Shown here: piece by piece, positions 39,658 to 48,525 of the stretch | Numbering within the stretch: position 1 is the first letter of the stretch | Layout of the letters: each line of letters starts with the position of its first letter | From: an uncultured Novosphingobium sp. | GTDB lineage: Bacteria > Pseudomonadota > Alphaproteobacteria > Sphingomonadales > Sphingomonadaceae | DNA length: 64,000 bases | Direction: 5' to 3' | Assembly (NCBI GenBank): GCA_964520765.1 | Contig: CAZFPW010000001.1 | Coordinates: forward strand, 11,876 to 75,875 | The notes under the pieces: model-generated | Seen by the model: the letters and a program-made list of their open reading frames with translations, nothing else | The model's database searches: none | Told to the model about the DNA's origin: nothing | Translations under genes and position numbers: made by a program

Positions 39658-41520
39658 TCAGAGTTTGGCGGAAGAGCGGCGCGAGAGCGCTTCCCGGCAG
39701 ACGTAGCTCGCGGAGACCGCCGGGTTCCCGCCGGAGAAGACGGCGCGCTGCGGATAGGGGCAGGCTGGCTGGGCGATCGGATCGGGGCTTCCCGCCGGGG
39801 AGCTCAGTTCCAGACGATCGGGCGCCTTCCCCCGCTCGACCCAGTCGACCAGCGCGGCATAGACTTGGTTTCCGCTCCAGGTCGGGGGATTGGCGACAGG
39901 GTTCGAGGTCCCGTTGTATGGACCGTGGCCGTTGCCGGGCAGGAGGTAGAGCCGGTAGAAATCCCGAACGGCCGAGAGCCCACCCATCCTGGCGAGAACG
40001 CTGTCGTAGTAATGGATCATGCCCTGGACCGGGATGACCTCATCGTTGATCCCCTGCCAGCCGATCAGCTTGCCGCCGCGCGCCTTGAAGGCGGTGAGAT
40101 CGGGATTGTCGGTGTTGATCCGCGCAAAGTCCTCCTGCTGCGCCAAGCCGCGGTCGAAGGCTTCGGCCAGCTTGGCATAGGACAGCGCCTTCCACCCGTC
40201 GGCGCCATTGGCGCGGGCGTTCTGGAAATTCGGCGCGGCGATCGCCGGGTCCTGCAACGCCAGCGCGACCATGTCCGATGCGAGCGTCCAGGGTCCTCCG
40301 GGGTTGGCGAAGCCGGCGTTGACCTTGAACAGCCGGCTATAGTGCGCGTTGTAGAGCGAGGTCCCGCGCGGCAGGCCATACCACAGACGATTGCCGCCCA
40401 GCGGCCGATCCCACCCGTTGTCGACGCTCGGCGCGGGGGCAGTTCCGTCCCGGGTCGGACCGTACCAGATCTTGTTGATCGCCCGCGCCTGGAGCCTGGT
40501 CACGCATGCCGGCGCAGGCACTCGCCCACCGTCGGCCACGCACAGGACCTCCGCGTCCTGGGTGGGGTCGTAGCGGCACGCCGCCTGGTCCATGATGTAG
40601 CCGAGGCGCCGCCCGCCGACCCTGTCGCATGCCCGGATCGCGGCGTTCGAAACCAGGTCCTGCTGCGCCTCGGTCGGGGCGATCCCACCGAGATCGCGCT
40701 GGATGACGACCTGGGCGTAGACTCCGGCGACCGCGAAGTTGGTCCAGTAGATCGCGGGCATCGCGGCGATGATGCCATCGAAGTCCTCGGGATGCTCCTG
40801 CGCGAGCTTCAGCGCCTGGCGTCCGCCGGTCGAGGCGCCATCCCAGTATGAGAACTTCGCGGGCCGGCCATAATAGACCGCCGCCAGAGCCTTGGTCTTG
40901 ACCGCCTGCTCATGGATCGCCCGCGTCGCGAAGTCCTGCCACAGTACCCGGTTGACCGTGCCGTCCGGGTTCATCGCGAAGTCGCCGCCGCTCGACGGCG
41001 AGCCGGCGATGGTGCCCGAATGGCCCGCGTCGGTCGAGGATGAGACGGCCCCCTCGCCTCCCGCGACCGCAGCAGCGCGCGGTTCGGCGATCGCATCCGC
41101 AGACCCGGCCCATCCCCCGACCCAGCCGCCGCCACCGAAAACGTGCAGGCGCTCGTTCCAATTCTCCGGCGAGGGCAGCCACACTTCGATCCCGATCCCC
41201 GACGACGTCGACGGCGCGCCGGCCGGCCCGGGATTGCCCGGCCCGACGTTCAATTTGACGAGGCACAGGTCGTTCACGGCGCGCGGCGTTCGCTCATCGA
41301 GCTCGCCCGAGAGGACAAGCGGCTCACCCTTGCGAAATGGCCTGACCAAAACAACGGTGGTCTGCGCATCGGGACGGAAAGATTCTTTCAGTGACTGGCT
41401 GCACGGTGAATCGGTCGCCCCGGGACCGCGGCCCGAGTGATCCGAGGCCGCCCACGCGGATGCCGGCAGCGCCAGGAAAATCGTGAAAAAGTTTTTTAAT
41501 TTCAGTTGCAAAGCGCACAC
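39658..41520 (-). CDS. Tannase/feruloyl esterase family hydrolase (copy 5), no active-site cysteines
   Basis: STDAGH, GASTGGR, QGIND, GNGHG; paralog of copy 4; start uncertain. Confidence 0.9.
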   Translation of the reverse strand: MCALQLKLKNFFTIFLALPASAWAASDHSGRGPGATDSPCSQSLKESFRPDAQTTVVLVRPFRKGEPLVLSGELDERTPRAVNDLCLVKLNVGPGNPGPAGAPSTSSGIGIEVWLPSPENWNERLHVFGGGGWVGGWAGSADAIAEPRAAAVAGGEGAVSSSTDAGHSGTIAGSPSSGGDFAMNPDGTVNRVLWQDFATRAIHEQAVKTKALAAVYYGRPAKFSYWDGASTGGRQALKLAQEHPEDFDGIIAAMPAIYWTNFAVAGVYAQVVIQRDLGGIAPTEAQQDLVSNAAIRACDRVGGRRLGYIMDQAACRYDPTQDAEVLCVADGGRVPAPACVTRLQARAINKIWYGPTRDGTAPAPSVDNGWDRPLGGNRLWYGLPRGTSLYNAHYSRLFKVNAGFANPGGPWTLASDMVALALQDPAIAAPNFQNARANGADGWKALSYAKLAEAFDRGLAQQEDFARINTDNPDLTAFKARGGKLIGWQGINDEVIPVQGMIHYYDSVLARMGGLSAVRDFYRLYLLPGNGHGPYNGTSNPVANPPTWSGNQVYAALVDWVERGKAPDRLELSSPAGSPDPIAQPACPYPQRAVFSGGNPAVSASYVCREALSRRSSAKL

Positions 41521-41569
41521 CCCTCACCGTGTTTTGCCCATCATGGGCATCCCTTCGGCCTGGGGTAAA

Positions 41570-41583
41570 CCCCCAGATAGGGG
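41570..41583. promoter_or_regulatory. 14-bp box CCCCCAGATAGGGG
   Basis: Variant copy; upstream of tannase copy 5. Confidence 0.6.
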
Positions 41584-41674
41584 GGCGAGGAGAGGATCGC
41601 CGGAGGCGCGATTTCCAACGATCCTCCTTACGGATAACTGGCCAATCCAATTTTTCCGCATCACGGCTCGACAC

Positions 41675-41688
41675 CCCCCACGTGGGGG
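41675..41688. promoter_or_regulatory. Perfect 14-bp palindrome CCCCCACGTGGGGG
   Basis: One of 9 copies; in the divergent region upstream of TonB-dependent receptor 2. Confidence 0.8.
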
Positions 41689-41825
41689 TTTCATCCTCCG
41701 ATCCGCCTCTGGATAACGTGTCTGGTTGATGTGGGCGCAAGACCCATCGTGACGTTTGGCATGGGGCTGGCACCACACGGAAGCAAAGCCGGTGGGAAGC
41801 CAGGAAATGGGAAAGGGAGGTTTGC

Positions 41826-44741
41826 ATGAAAATCGAGATTGCAAAGTCCAGCGCAGCGGCGCTCAAATGCGGCGTCGCCGTTTCGGCGTTGCTGGTGGCG
41901 GGCGCGGCTTATGCGCAGGATACCGCGCCGGCGGATGATCAGACGGCTAACGCGAGCGATATCGTCGTCACCGGCACGCTGATCCGCGGCATCGCGCCTG
42001 CTGGCACCAATGTCATCGGAGTCGATAGCAAGAAGGTCGAGGAATCCGGCGCATCGAGCACCAGCCAGTTGCTCCAGACCGTGCCGCAACTCGGATTCTT
42101 CAACAACCTCCAGGTGCCGACCGGCGCGTCGACCGCAGTAACGACCAACCGGCCGAACCTGCGCAATCTGCCTGGGTTCAACACCTCGGGTTCCTCGCCC
42201 ACTCTGGTCCTGGTCGACGGACACCGCGTCGTCGGCGCGGGCATCTCCGTGACCAGCCCGGACCCCGACATCGTGCCGCCCGGCATGATCGAGCGGGTCG
42301 AGATCGTGCCTGATGGCGGCTCGGCGATCTACGGGTCGGACGCCGTTGCCGGGGTGATCAACTTCATCACCAGGAAGAAGTTCGATGGCATCGAAGTGGG
42401 CGGCCACTTCGGCTTCGCGCATCACTATGATGCCTGGGATGTCAGCGCGACCGCCGGCCATAGCTGGGCGACCGGATCGATCATCGCATCGTACAACTAC
42501 GCGCAGCACGACCAACTGGTCGGCCGCGATCTGGACCACGTATTCTATCCGACGGGCCGCCTGATCGGCGGGAACCCGGTGGCAAGCCTCCAATGCTCAC
42601 CGGGCAACGTCAATGTCGGCAACGTCGGAACGCCAGCCACGGGCACGACAATCGGCGGCCTTGGCGACTATGCGCTGAATGCGAACGGGACGCGCCAGGG
42701 AGTCGGGACGGCGAATTCCTGCGACAACTCCGACCTCGCGACCATCTATCCGCGCGAGAAGCGTCATTCGGTGATGGTTGGACTCAACCAGCAGCTCACC
42801 GACAACCTGACGCTGGACATGCGGGCTTTCTACACCAACCGCCAGAACTTCTCGCAAGCCGGGCCATTCCTGGGGACGACCAACTTCGGTCCTTCGTTTC
42901 TCGCCCAATACGGCTTTCTGACCAGCCCGATCTTCGACAGCAACAAGGTTACGACCGGCGCTTGTCCAACCGAGGTCGCGCCCGGCGTGATCTTCAATCT
43001 CTCATGCAACATGTATGAGACACAGACGGTGAACTACCAGTTTGGCGGGGACCACGCGCAAGATACGACGATCAAGCTCGAAACCTGGGGCATCGCGCCG
43101 ACTGTCACCCTCAAGCTGGGCGACAACTTCCAGGCGAAGCTCGTTTCAAGCTACGGCCAGAGTTCCACCAACTACCGCGGCGGCACCTTCGATCAGACCT
43201 CGCTTGACAAAGCAATCGTCGCGGGCCTGTTCAATCCGTACAATCCATCGGCCAGCGATTCTGCGGCCCTGGCCGTACTGTCCAGCTTCCAGCTCTATGG
43301 CCGGACGCGGCAGCGGCAGTTCAACTCGCGCCTCTCGCTAGACGGCGACCTGTTCCAGTTGCCTGGCGGCGCGGTGAAGATCGCGGTCGGCGCCGAATAT
43401 TCCCACGAGCACTTCAGCGCGCGTAACGGCGTCATCCTCGCCGGGACCGAAGACACCGGCTTCGCCGGATCGGCGATCGTGGCCGGTTACGGTCCCCTAC
43501 GAAACGCGGACACGAGCCGCAGCGTGAAGTCGGTCTTCGGCGAACTGGTGGTCCCGGTCTTCGGCGCGGACAACGGCGCGCCGGGGATGCAGGAGCTGAC
43601 CCTGTCAGCGGCCGGCCGCTATGACAATTACAGCGATTTCGGAGGCACCTTCAACCCGAAGTTCGGCGTGACCTACAGGCCCGTGGAATGGATCAAGCTC
43701 CGCGGCTCCTGGGGCAAGTCGTTCGTGGCTCCCAGCCTCGCTGACCAGCCTGCCGAATCGCGCACGTCGGTCACGTTCACGACCATTCCGTTCCTCTACC
43801 CGGCCGCCAACCTCGTCGGCACGACGATCAACGGCGTAACCGTGCCGGCAAGCGGCGGGCGGCCTGTGGCGATCGTGCTCGGCAACGCGCCGAACATCCA
43901 GCCGCAGCGCGCCAAGACGTTGTCGCTCGGCATCGATCTCGATCCGCCGTTCGTGCCGGGGCTGCGCCTGTCGACCTCCTACTACAAGATCATCTACAGC
44001 GGCGCGATCAGCATCCCCGGATTCACCAGCACGACGTTCTATCCGAACTTCGTCGGCACTCCGCTGATCACCTTCAACCCGACGCAGTCCCAGATCGACG
44101 CGGTGATCGCCTTGGCCGGCGGCGCCGGCGGCGTCAGCGGCATCAACGGCACCAGTTGCGGCGGCAACACGCCGGGTGGCCCCGCCGGAGCGTCGGGCGG
44201 CTGCTATGCGATCCTCGACGCGCGCAAGACGAACCTTGCCAACTTCAACCTCAGCGGCCTGGATTTCGCGGCATCCTATATCCTCGAGACTGGCTTCGGC
44301 TCGATCGACTTCGCGTTCAATGGAACCTACGAACTGACGCGCAACCAGCAGGCCACGCCGAGTTCGCCCTACCTCGACCAGATCTCCTTCAATACCAGCC
44401 GCTTCCGGTTCCGCACGACCCTGGGCGCCCAGATCGGCGCTCTGCGGGCGCAGGCCTCACTCAACCACAGCGGGGGTTACAGATTGAACCCGACGGTCGG
44501 TGTCGGGACGACACAAACTTCGGTCAGCTCGTACAACACGGTCGATCTGTTCTTCAAATACGACCTGAAGGGCGAAGGCGCCCTGAACGGCACGTCGTTG
44601 ACCTTGAACGTCAACAACCTGTTCGATCAGGATCCGCCGATCTACCGGGCGCTCAACGAGCTTGTTCCGAACACCAACGGCTATACCAACGGCGGCACCC
44701 TCGGCCGCTTCATTCAGTTCGGAATCAACAAGAGGTTCTAA
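41826..44741 (+). CDS. TonB-dependent receptor (copy 2)
   Basis: DIVVTGTLIRG, GGSAIYGSDAVAGVIN, NVNNLFD, C-terminal Phe; paralog of copy 1. Confidence 0.95.
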   Translation: MKIEIAKSSAAALKCGVAVSALLVAGAAYAQDTAPADDQTANASDIVVTGTLIRGIAPAGTNVIGVDSKKVEESGASSTSQLLQTVPQLGFFNNLQVPTGASTAVTTNRPNLRNLPGFNTSGSSPTLVLVDGHRVVGAGISVTSPDPDIVPPGMIERVEIVPDGGSAIYGSDAVAGVINFITRKKFDGIEVGGHFGFAHHYDAWDVSATAGHSWATGSIIASYNYAQHDQLVGRDLDHVFYPTGRLIGGNPVASLQCSPGNVNVGNVGTPATGTTIGGLGDYALNANGTRQGVGTANSCDNSDLATIYPREKRHSVMVGLNQQLTDNLTLDMRAFYTNRQNFSQAGPFLGTTNFGPSFLAQYGFLTSPIFDSNKVTTGACPTEVAPGVIFNLSCNMYETQTVNYQFGGDHAQDTTIKLETWGIAPTVTLKLGDNFQAKLVSSYGQSSTNYRGGTFDQTSLDKAIVAGLFNPYNPSASDSAALAVLSSFQLYGRTRQRQFNSRLSLDGDLFQLPGGAVKIAVGAEYSHEHFSARNGVILAGTEDTGFAGSAIVAGYGPLRNADTSRSVKSVFGELVVPVFGADNGAPGMQELTLSAAGRYDNYSDFGGTFNPKFGVTYRPVEWIKLRGSWGKSFVAPSLADQPAESRTSVTFTTIPFLYPAANLVGTTINGVTVPASGGRPVAIVLGNAPNIQPQRAKTLSLGIDLDPPFVPGLRLSTSYYKIIYSGAISIPGFTSTTFYPNFVGTPLITFNPTQSQIDAVIALAGGAGGVSGINGTSCGGNTPGGPAGASGGCYAILDARKTNLANFNLSGLDFAASYILETGFGSIDFAFNGTYELTRNQQATPSSPYLDQISFNTSRFRFRTTLGAQIGALRAQASLNHSGGYRLNPTVGVGTTQTSVSSYNTVDLFFKYDLKGEGALNGTSLTLNVNNLFDQDPPIYRALNELVPNTNGYTNGGTLGRFIQFGINKRF

Positions 44742-44770
44742 TACCTCGCATACCAGAGTTCCTCCCAACT

Positions 44771-44803
44771 GACCGGGCTTCGCGACGCGAAGCCCGGTCT
44801 TTT
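44771..44803 (+). terminator. Rho-independent terminator
   Basis: Stem GACCGGGCTTCGC/GCGAAGCCCGGTC followed by TTTT. Confidence 0.85.
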
Positions 44804-44927
44804 GCTGCTCTGGATCGGGCAAGGCAAAGAATTGCCTCACGGCTGCATTCGTTCCGCATTGGCTGAGCGAATTTGCGCAAAGGGTCAGGCGGGCCTGCGC
44901 ACAATTCGCCCGCCAGTCATCAGGATC

Positions 44928-47084
44928 TTACAGGCCACCCATCGGCTTGGTCGACGCAGCGTCTTGCGACGTCGCGGCGGGAGCAGTGGGTTTTCGCAGC
45001 CCCAGCGATTCTCTTGCCCGCGCGCGGATGTAGGAGTGGACCCCGCGGATCTGATCGTCGGTCATCCATTTGAACTGCGGCATGCCCTTTTCCATCCGGC
45101 CTTCCCTGACCATCTGGGTGAAGGTGTCCAGCCGCAAGGCGATCGCCGATTCCCGCAAGTCCGGTCCCGGAGCCCCCGCGCCGCGGAAGCCGGCGCCGTG
45201 GCATGACATGCAGGCGATCGACAGGCCCTTGCCCATCGCGACATCGGCCTCGCTCAGCACCAGCGCGGGGTCGTCGAGAGCATGCACCTTCATGTCGCGC
45301 GGCGCGCTGGGCTCCAGCCTGGCCTTGCCGTCGAGCACGAAGGTCAGCAGCCGGCGCGGCTGGGCGCCGTACTTCCAGCCCACGTCGAGCACCCCGCTCA
45401 TCGCCGCCGAGGTTCCGCCCCAGCCGACCAGGATCGAGACATACTGCTTGCCCCCCGCGCTGAAGCTCATCGGCGCGGCGATGATGCCAAGGCCGGCGTC
45501 GAACTTCCACAGCTCCTTCCCGCCCTTGGCGTCGTAAGCGCGGAAGAAGCCGTCGGCCGTGCCCTGAAACACCAAGCCGCCCGCCGTCGCCAGCGTCCCG
45601 CCGTTCCAGATGTGATCGTGCTGGACGCGCCAGGCTTCCTTCTGCGCGACCGGGTCCCACGCCACGAGATAGCCGTGGCCATCGCCCGGCTTCTTGATCA
45701 GCGGCTTGATCACCAGCCCCATGATGTTGACCGCGTCGTCGGTCTGGTCGGCGGGATCGCGCGAGAACAGCGCGCCGACCTGATGGACCGGGACATAGAC
45801 CAGCCCCGTCCGCGGGCTGTAGCTCATCGCCTGCCAGTTGTGCCCGCCGATCGTCCCCGGCCAGATCTCGGCCTTGCCGGTCTCGTAGCGGATGTCGGGG
45901 TTCTCGATCGGGCGGCCGGTCTTCAGGTCGATGCCCTTGGCCCAGGTCACCTCGGTGGTCTTGCCCGGCTCGTTGAGCAGCTTTCCGGTGGCGCGATCCA
46001 GCACGTAGAAGAAGCCGTTGGTCGGCGCATGCATCAGCACCTTGGTCGGCTTTCCATCCAGGTTCAGCGTCGCCATCACGATGTTCGGCGTCGCCTTGTA
46101 GTCCCAGCTATCGCGCGGGTTTTCCTGGTAGTGCCAGATGTATTTGCCGGTATCCGCGTCGAGCGCGACGATCGAGGCGGTATAGAGGTTGTCGCCCCGG
46201 CTTCCAGGGTCGCGCTTCAGCGGGTCGTAACCGCCGGCATTGCCGACGCCGATATAGACGCGGTTCAGTTCAGGATCGAAGGTCATCCCATTCCACACCG
46301 TGCCCCCGCCGCCGGTGCCCTTGGTGAAGTCGGGCCCCCAGGTCTTGGCGGCCGCCTCCATCGCCGGATCGCCCGCGTTCTGCTCGGGCGTGCCGGGAAC
46401 CGTGTAGAACCGCCACAGCATCTTCCCCGTCTTCGCATCGAATGCGGTGACGAAGCCCCGCCCGCCGGCATCGGCCCCGGCATTGCCGATGATGACCTTG
46501 CCGTTCATCGTCCGCGGCGCGCCGGTGCTGTTGTTGGCCTTGGCCTCTGGCGGGATCGACTGGGCCGACCACAGCACCTTGCCGGTCCTGGCGTCGAGCG
46601 CGTCGACCGTGCCGTCCATCTCGACGGTGAAGATCTTGCCGTCCTCATAGGCGATGCCGCGATTGGCGCCGAAGTGGAACTTGTCCGGCCGGCGCTGCCA
46701 GGTCATCGGATCGAATTTCCACAGCAGCTTGCCGGTGACCGCGTCGACCGCATAGACCTCGGCGTAGCCGCCCGAGAAATAGAGGGTTCCGTCGATCTCG
46801 AGCGGAGTGGATTCGAGAGTGACCTCCTCGGGCAGGTCCATCGACCAGGCGAGCCCCAGCTTGCCGACATTGCCGACATCGATCTGGGTCAGGCGGCTAT
46901 AGCCGCTCTCGTCCGCAGCGCCGCCGGGGGCGGTCCAGTTGTCCTCGGCGCCGACGCCTTCCTCAGGCTGGACCGGCTTGCTCCCGCATCCACCGACGAG
47001 CAGCGACGCCACGCCCACCGACAGCATTGCCCCCAGCGTCACGCGCTTCTTGAGCCAGCCCGCACGGCGGTGAATAATGATCAT
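44928..47084 (-). CDS. PQQ-dependent quinohemoprotein dehydrogenase (C-terminal cytochrome c), probable lipoprotein
   Basis: Trp-docking repeats (VDAVTGKLLWKF), GGGTVW, DNLYTASIVAL, WDY, NGFFYVLDR, CMSCH; lipobox-like VGGC. Confidence 0.93.
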   Translation of the reverse strand: MIIIHRRAGWLKKRVTLGAMLSVGVASLLVGGCGSKPVQPEEGVGAEDNWTAPGGAADESGYSRLTQIDVGNVGKLGLAWSMDLPEEVTLESTPLEIDGTLYFSGGYAEVYAVDAVTGKLLWKFDPMTWQRRPDKFHFGANRGIAYEDGKIFTVEMDGTVDALDARTGKVLWSAQSIPPEAKANNSTGAPRTMNGKVIIGNAGADAGGRGFVTAFDAKTGKMLWRFYTVPGTPEQNAGDPAMEAAAKTWGPDFTKGTGGGGTVWNGMTFDPELNRVYIGVGNAGGYDPLKRDPGSRGDNLYTASIVALDADTGKYIWHYQENPRDSWDYKATPNIVMATLNLDGKPTKVLMHAPTNGFFYVLDRATGKLLNEPGKTTEVTWAKGIDLKTGRPIENPDIRYETGKAEIWPGTIGGHNWQAMSYSPRTGLVYVPVHQVGALFSRDPADQTDDAVNIMGLVIKPLIKKPGDGHGYLVAWDPVAQKEAWRVQHDHIWNGGTLATAGGLVFQGTADGFFRAYDAKGGKELWKFDAGLGIIAAPMSFSAGGKQYVSILVGWGGTSAAMSGVLDVGWKYGAQPRRLLTFVLDGKARLEPSAPRDMKVHALDDPALVLSEADVAMGKGLSIACMSCHGAGFRGAGAPGPDLRESAIALRLDTFTQMVREGRMEKGMPQFKWMTDDQIRGVHSYIRARARESLGLRKPTAPAATSQDAASTKPMGGL

Positions 47085-47147
47085 GGCGCTCTCCAGGAAA
47101 CTCGGGGATTTGCCCCTTCCCGTAAAGCTCGTCCGCCCCTCACGCGC

Positions 47148-47161
47148 CTCCCATCTGGGGG
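47148..47161. promoter_or_regulatory. 14-bp palindromic box CTCCCATCTGGGGG
   Basis: One of 9 copies; between the divergent PQQ dehydrogenase and SDR genes. Confidence 0.8.
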
Positions 47162-47217
47162 TTACTTAACGCTCCCCGATTCCCAATAGCCGAGATCGAA
47201 TTCGGGGAGAGCAAGAG

Positions 47218-47958
47218 ATGTCGCTAGAAGGCAAAGTCGCCGTCGTCACCGGGGCAGCGCGCGGCCTTGGCCGGGCAATCGCCCTGCGACTTGCGCGCGA
47301 TGGCGCGGCGGTTTCGGCTTGGGACCTCAACCTCGAAGGCGTGGAGGAAACCGCACGACTGATCCGCGAAGCCGGCGGACAGGCGATCGGCCTGGAATGC
47401 AATTCGTCCAAGGCCAACCAGATCGCCCGCGCCGTCGAGCAGACGCATGCCCAACTCGGCCTCGTGACGATCCTCGTCAACAACGCCGCGCTTTCGCCCT
47501 TCGTGAAGTTCGAGGACATCACCGAGCCGATCTGGGACGACCTCATGGCGATCAACCTCAAGGGGCCGTTCCTGTGCTGCAAGGCGATGATCCCGGACAT
47601 GCTGGAAGCAGGGGGCGGACGGATCATCAACATCGCGTCCTCGTCCGCGCAGACGGGTTCCGCGCTCCAGGCGCACTACGCGGCGTCGAAAGGCGGGGTG
47701 CTCGGGCTGACCAAGGCGCTGGCGATGGAATATGCCACCAGCGGCATCACGGTGAACGCCGTGCCGCCGGGGTTCGTGAACACCGAAGGCCTGCAGGAAT
47801 CGCCGGTGGACGTCGAAGGCTTCGCGCCCATGACGCCGATGAAGCGCCCAGGCCGACCGGAAAACATCGCAGCCGCCGTGGCCTTTCTGGCAAGCGACGA
47901 TGCCGACTACATCACCGGACACACCCTGAGCGTGAACGGCGGACGCTATCTGAACTAG
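47218..47958 (+). CDS. SDR family oxidoreductase (FabG-like)
   Basis: TGAARGLG, NNA, YAASK. Confidence 0.93.
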   Translation: MSLEGKVAVVTGAARGLGRAIALRLARDGAAVSAWDLNLEGVEETARLIREAGGQAIGLECNSSKANQIARAVEQTHAQLGLVTILVNNAALSPFVKFEDITEPIWDDLMAINLKGPFLCCKAMIPDMLEAGGGRIINIASSSAQTGSALQAHYAASKGGVLGLTKALAMEYATSGITVNAVPPGFVNTEGLQESPVDVEGFAPMTPMKRPGRPENIAAAVAFLASDDADYITGHTLSVNGGRYLN

Positions 47959-48056
47959 GCTCGCCGCTGTCGGGTGGCGAATTCCGCTGAGCATTTGCTC
48001 GGCACTCGCAGGTCGAATATCTCAAGCCGGCCGCGTTCAATGGGAAAGGGTCAAGG

Positions 48057-48515
48057 ATGGCCGTAGTCAAATTTCGGGTGAACGGAGCCGCGCAGACAGT
48101 GGATGCCGATCCCGGCACGCCGCTGCTCTGGGTCTTGCGCGATCATCTCGGCATGACCGGCACGAAGTTCGGCTGCGGCCTCGCCCTGTGCGGCGCGTGC
48201 ACCGTGCATTTCAACGGCGACGCCATGCGGTCGTGCCAGATTCCGCTCGACAGCGTCGCGGACGCCGACGTGACCACGATCGAGGGCTTGTCCGCGAAAG
48301 GCGACCATCGCCTGCAACGGCTCTGGGCGGAGATGAACGTACCGCAATGCGGATACTGCCAGTCGGGCATGCTGATGGCGGCGGCCGATCTGCTCGACAA
48401 GAAGCCGCAGCCCACCGATGCCGACATCGACGAAGCGATGACCAACATCTGCCGCTGCGGCACCTATCCCCGCATTCGCGCGGCGATCCATCGCGCCGCC
48501 CGCCAACCGGCTTGA
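48057..48515 (+). CDS. (2Fe-2S)-binding small subunit of a xanthine-oxidase-family oxidoreductase (IorA-like)
   Basis: [28 protein letters not shown]. Confidence 0.95.
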   Translation: MAVVKFRVNGAAQTVDADPGTPLLWVLRDHLGMTGTKFGCGLALCGACTVHFNGDAMRSCQIPLDSVADADVTTIEGLSAKGDHRLQRLWAEMNVPQCGYCQSGMLMAAADLLDKKPQPTDADIDEAMTNICRCGTYPRIRAAIHRAARQPA

Positions 48516-48525
48516 GGAAATCGCG

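Noticed and set aside
41757..41771. Sigma-54 promoter (TGGCATGGGGCTGGC) upstream of receptor 2
   Set aside because: GG/GC spacing fits, but the -12 element is imperfect and no enhancer-binding protein is encoded in the window
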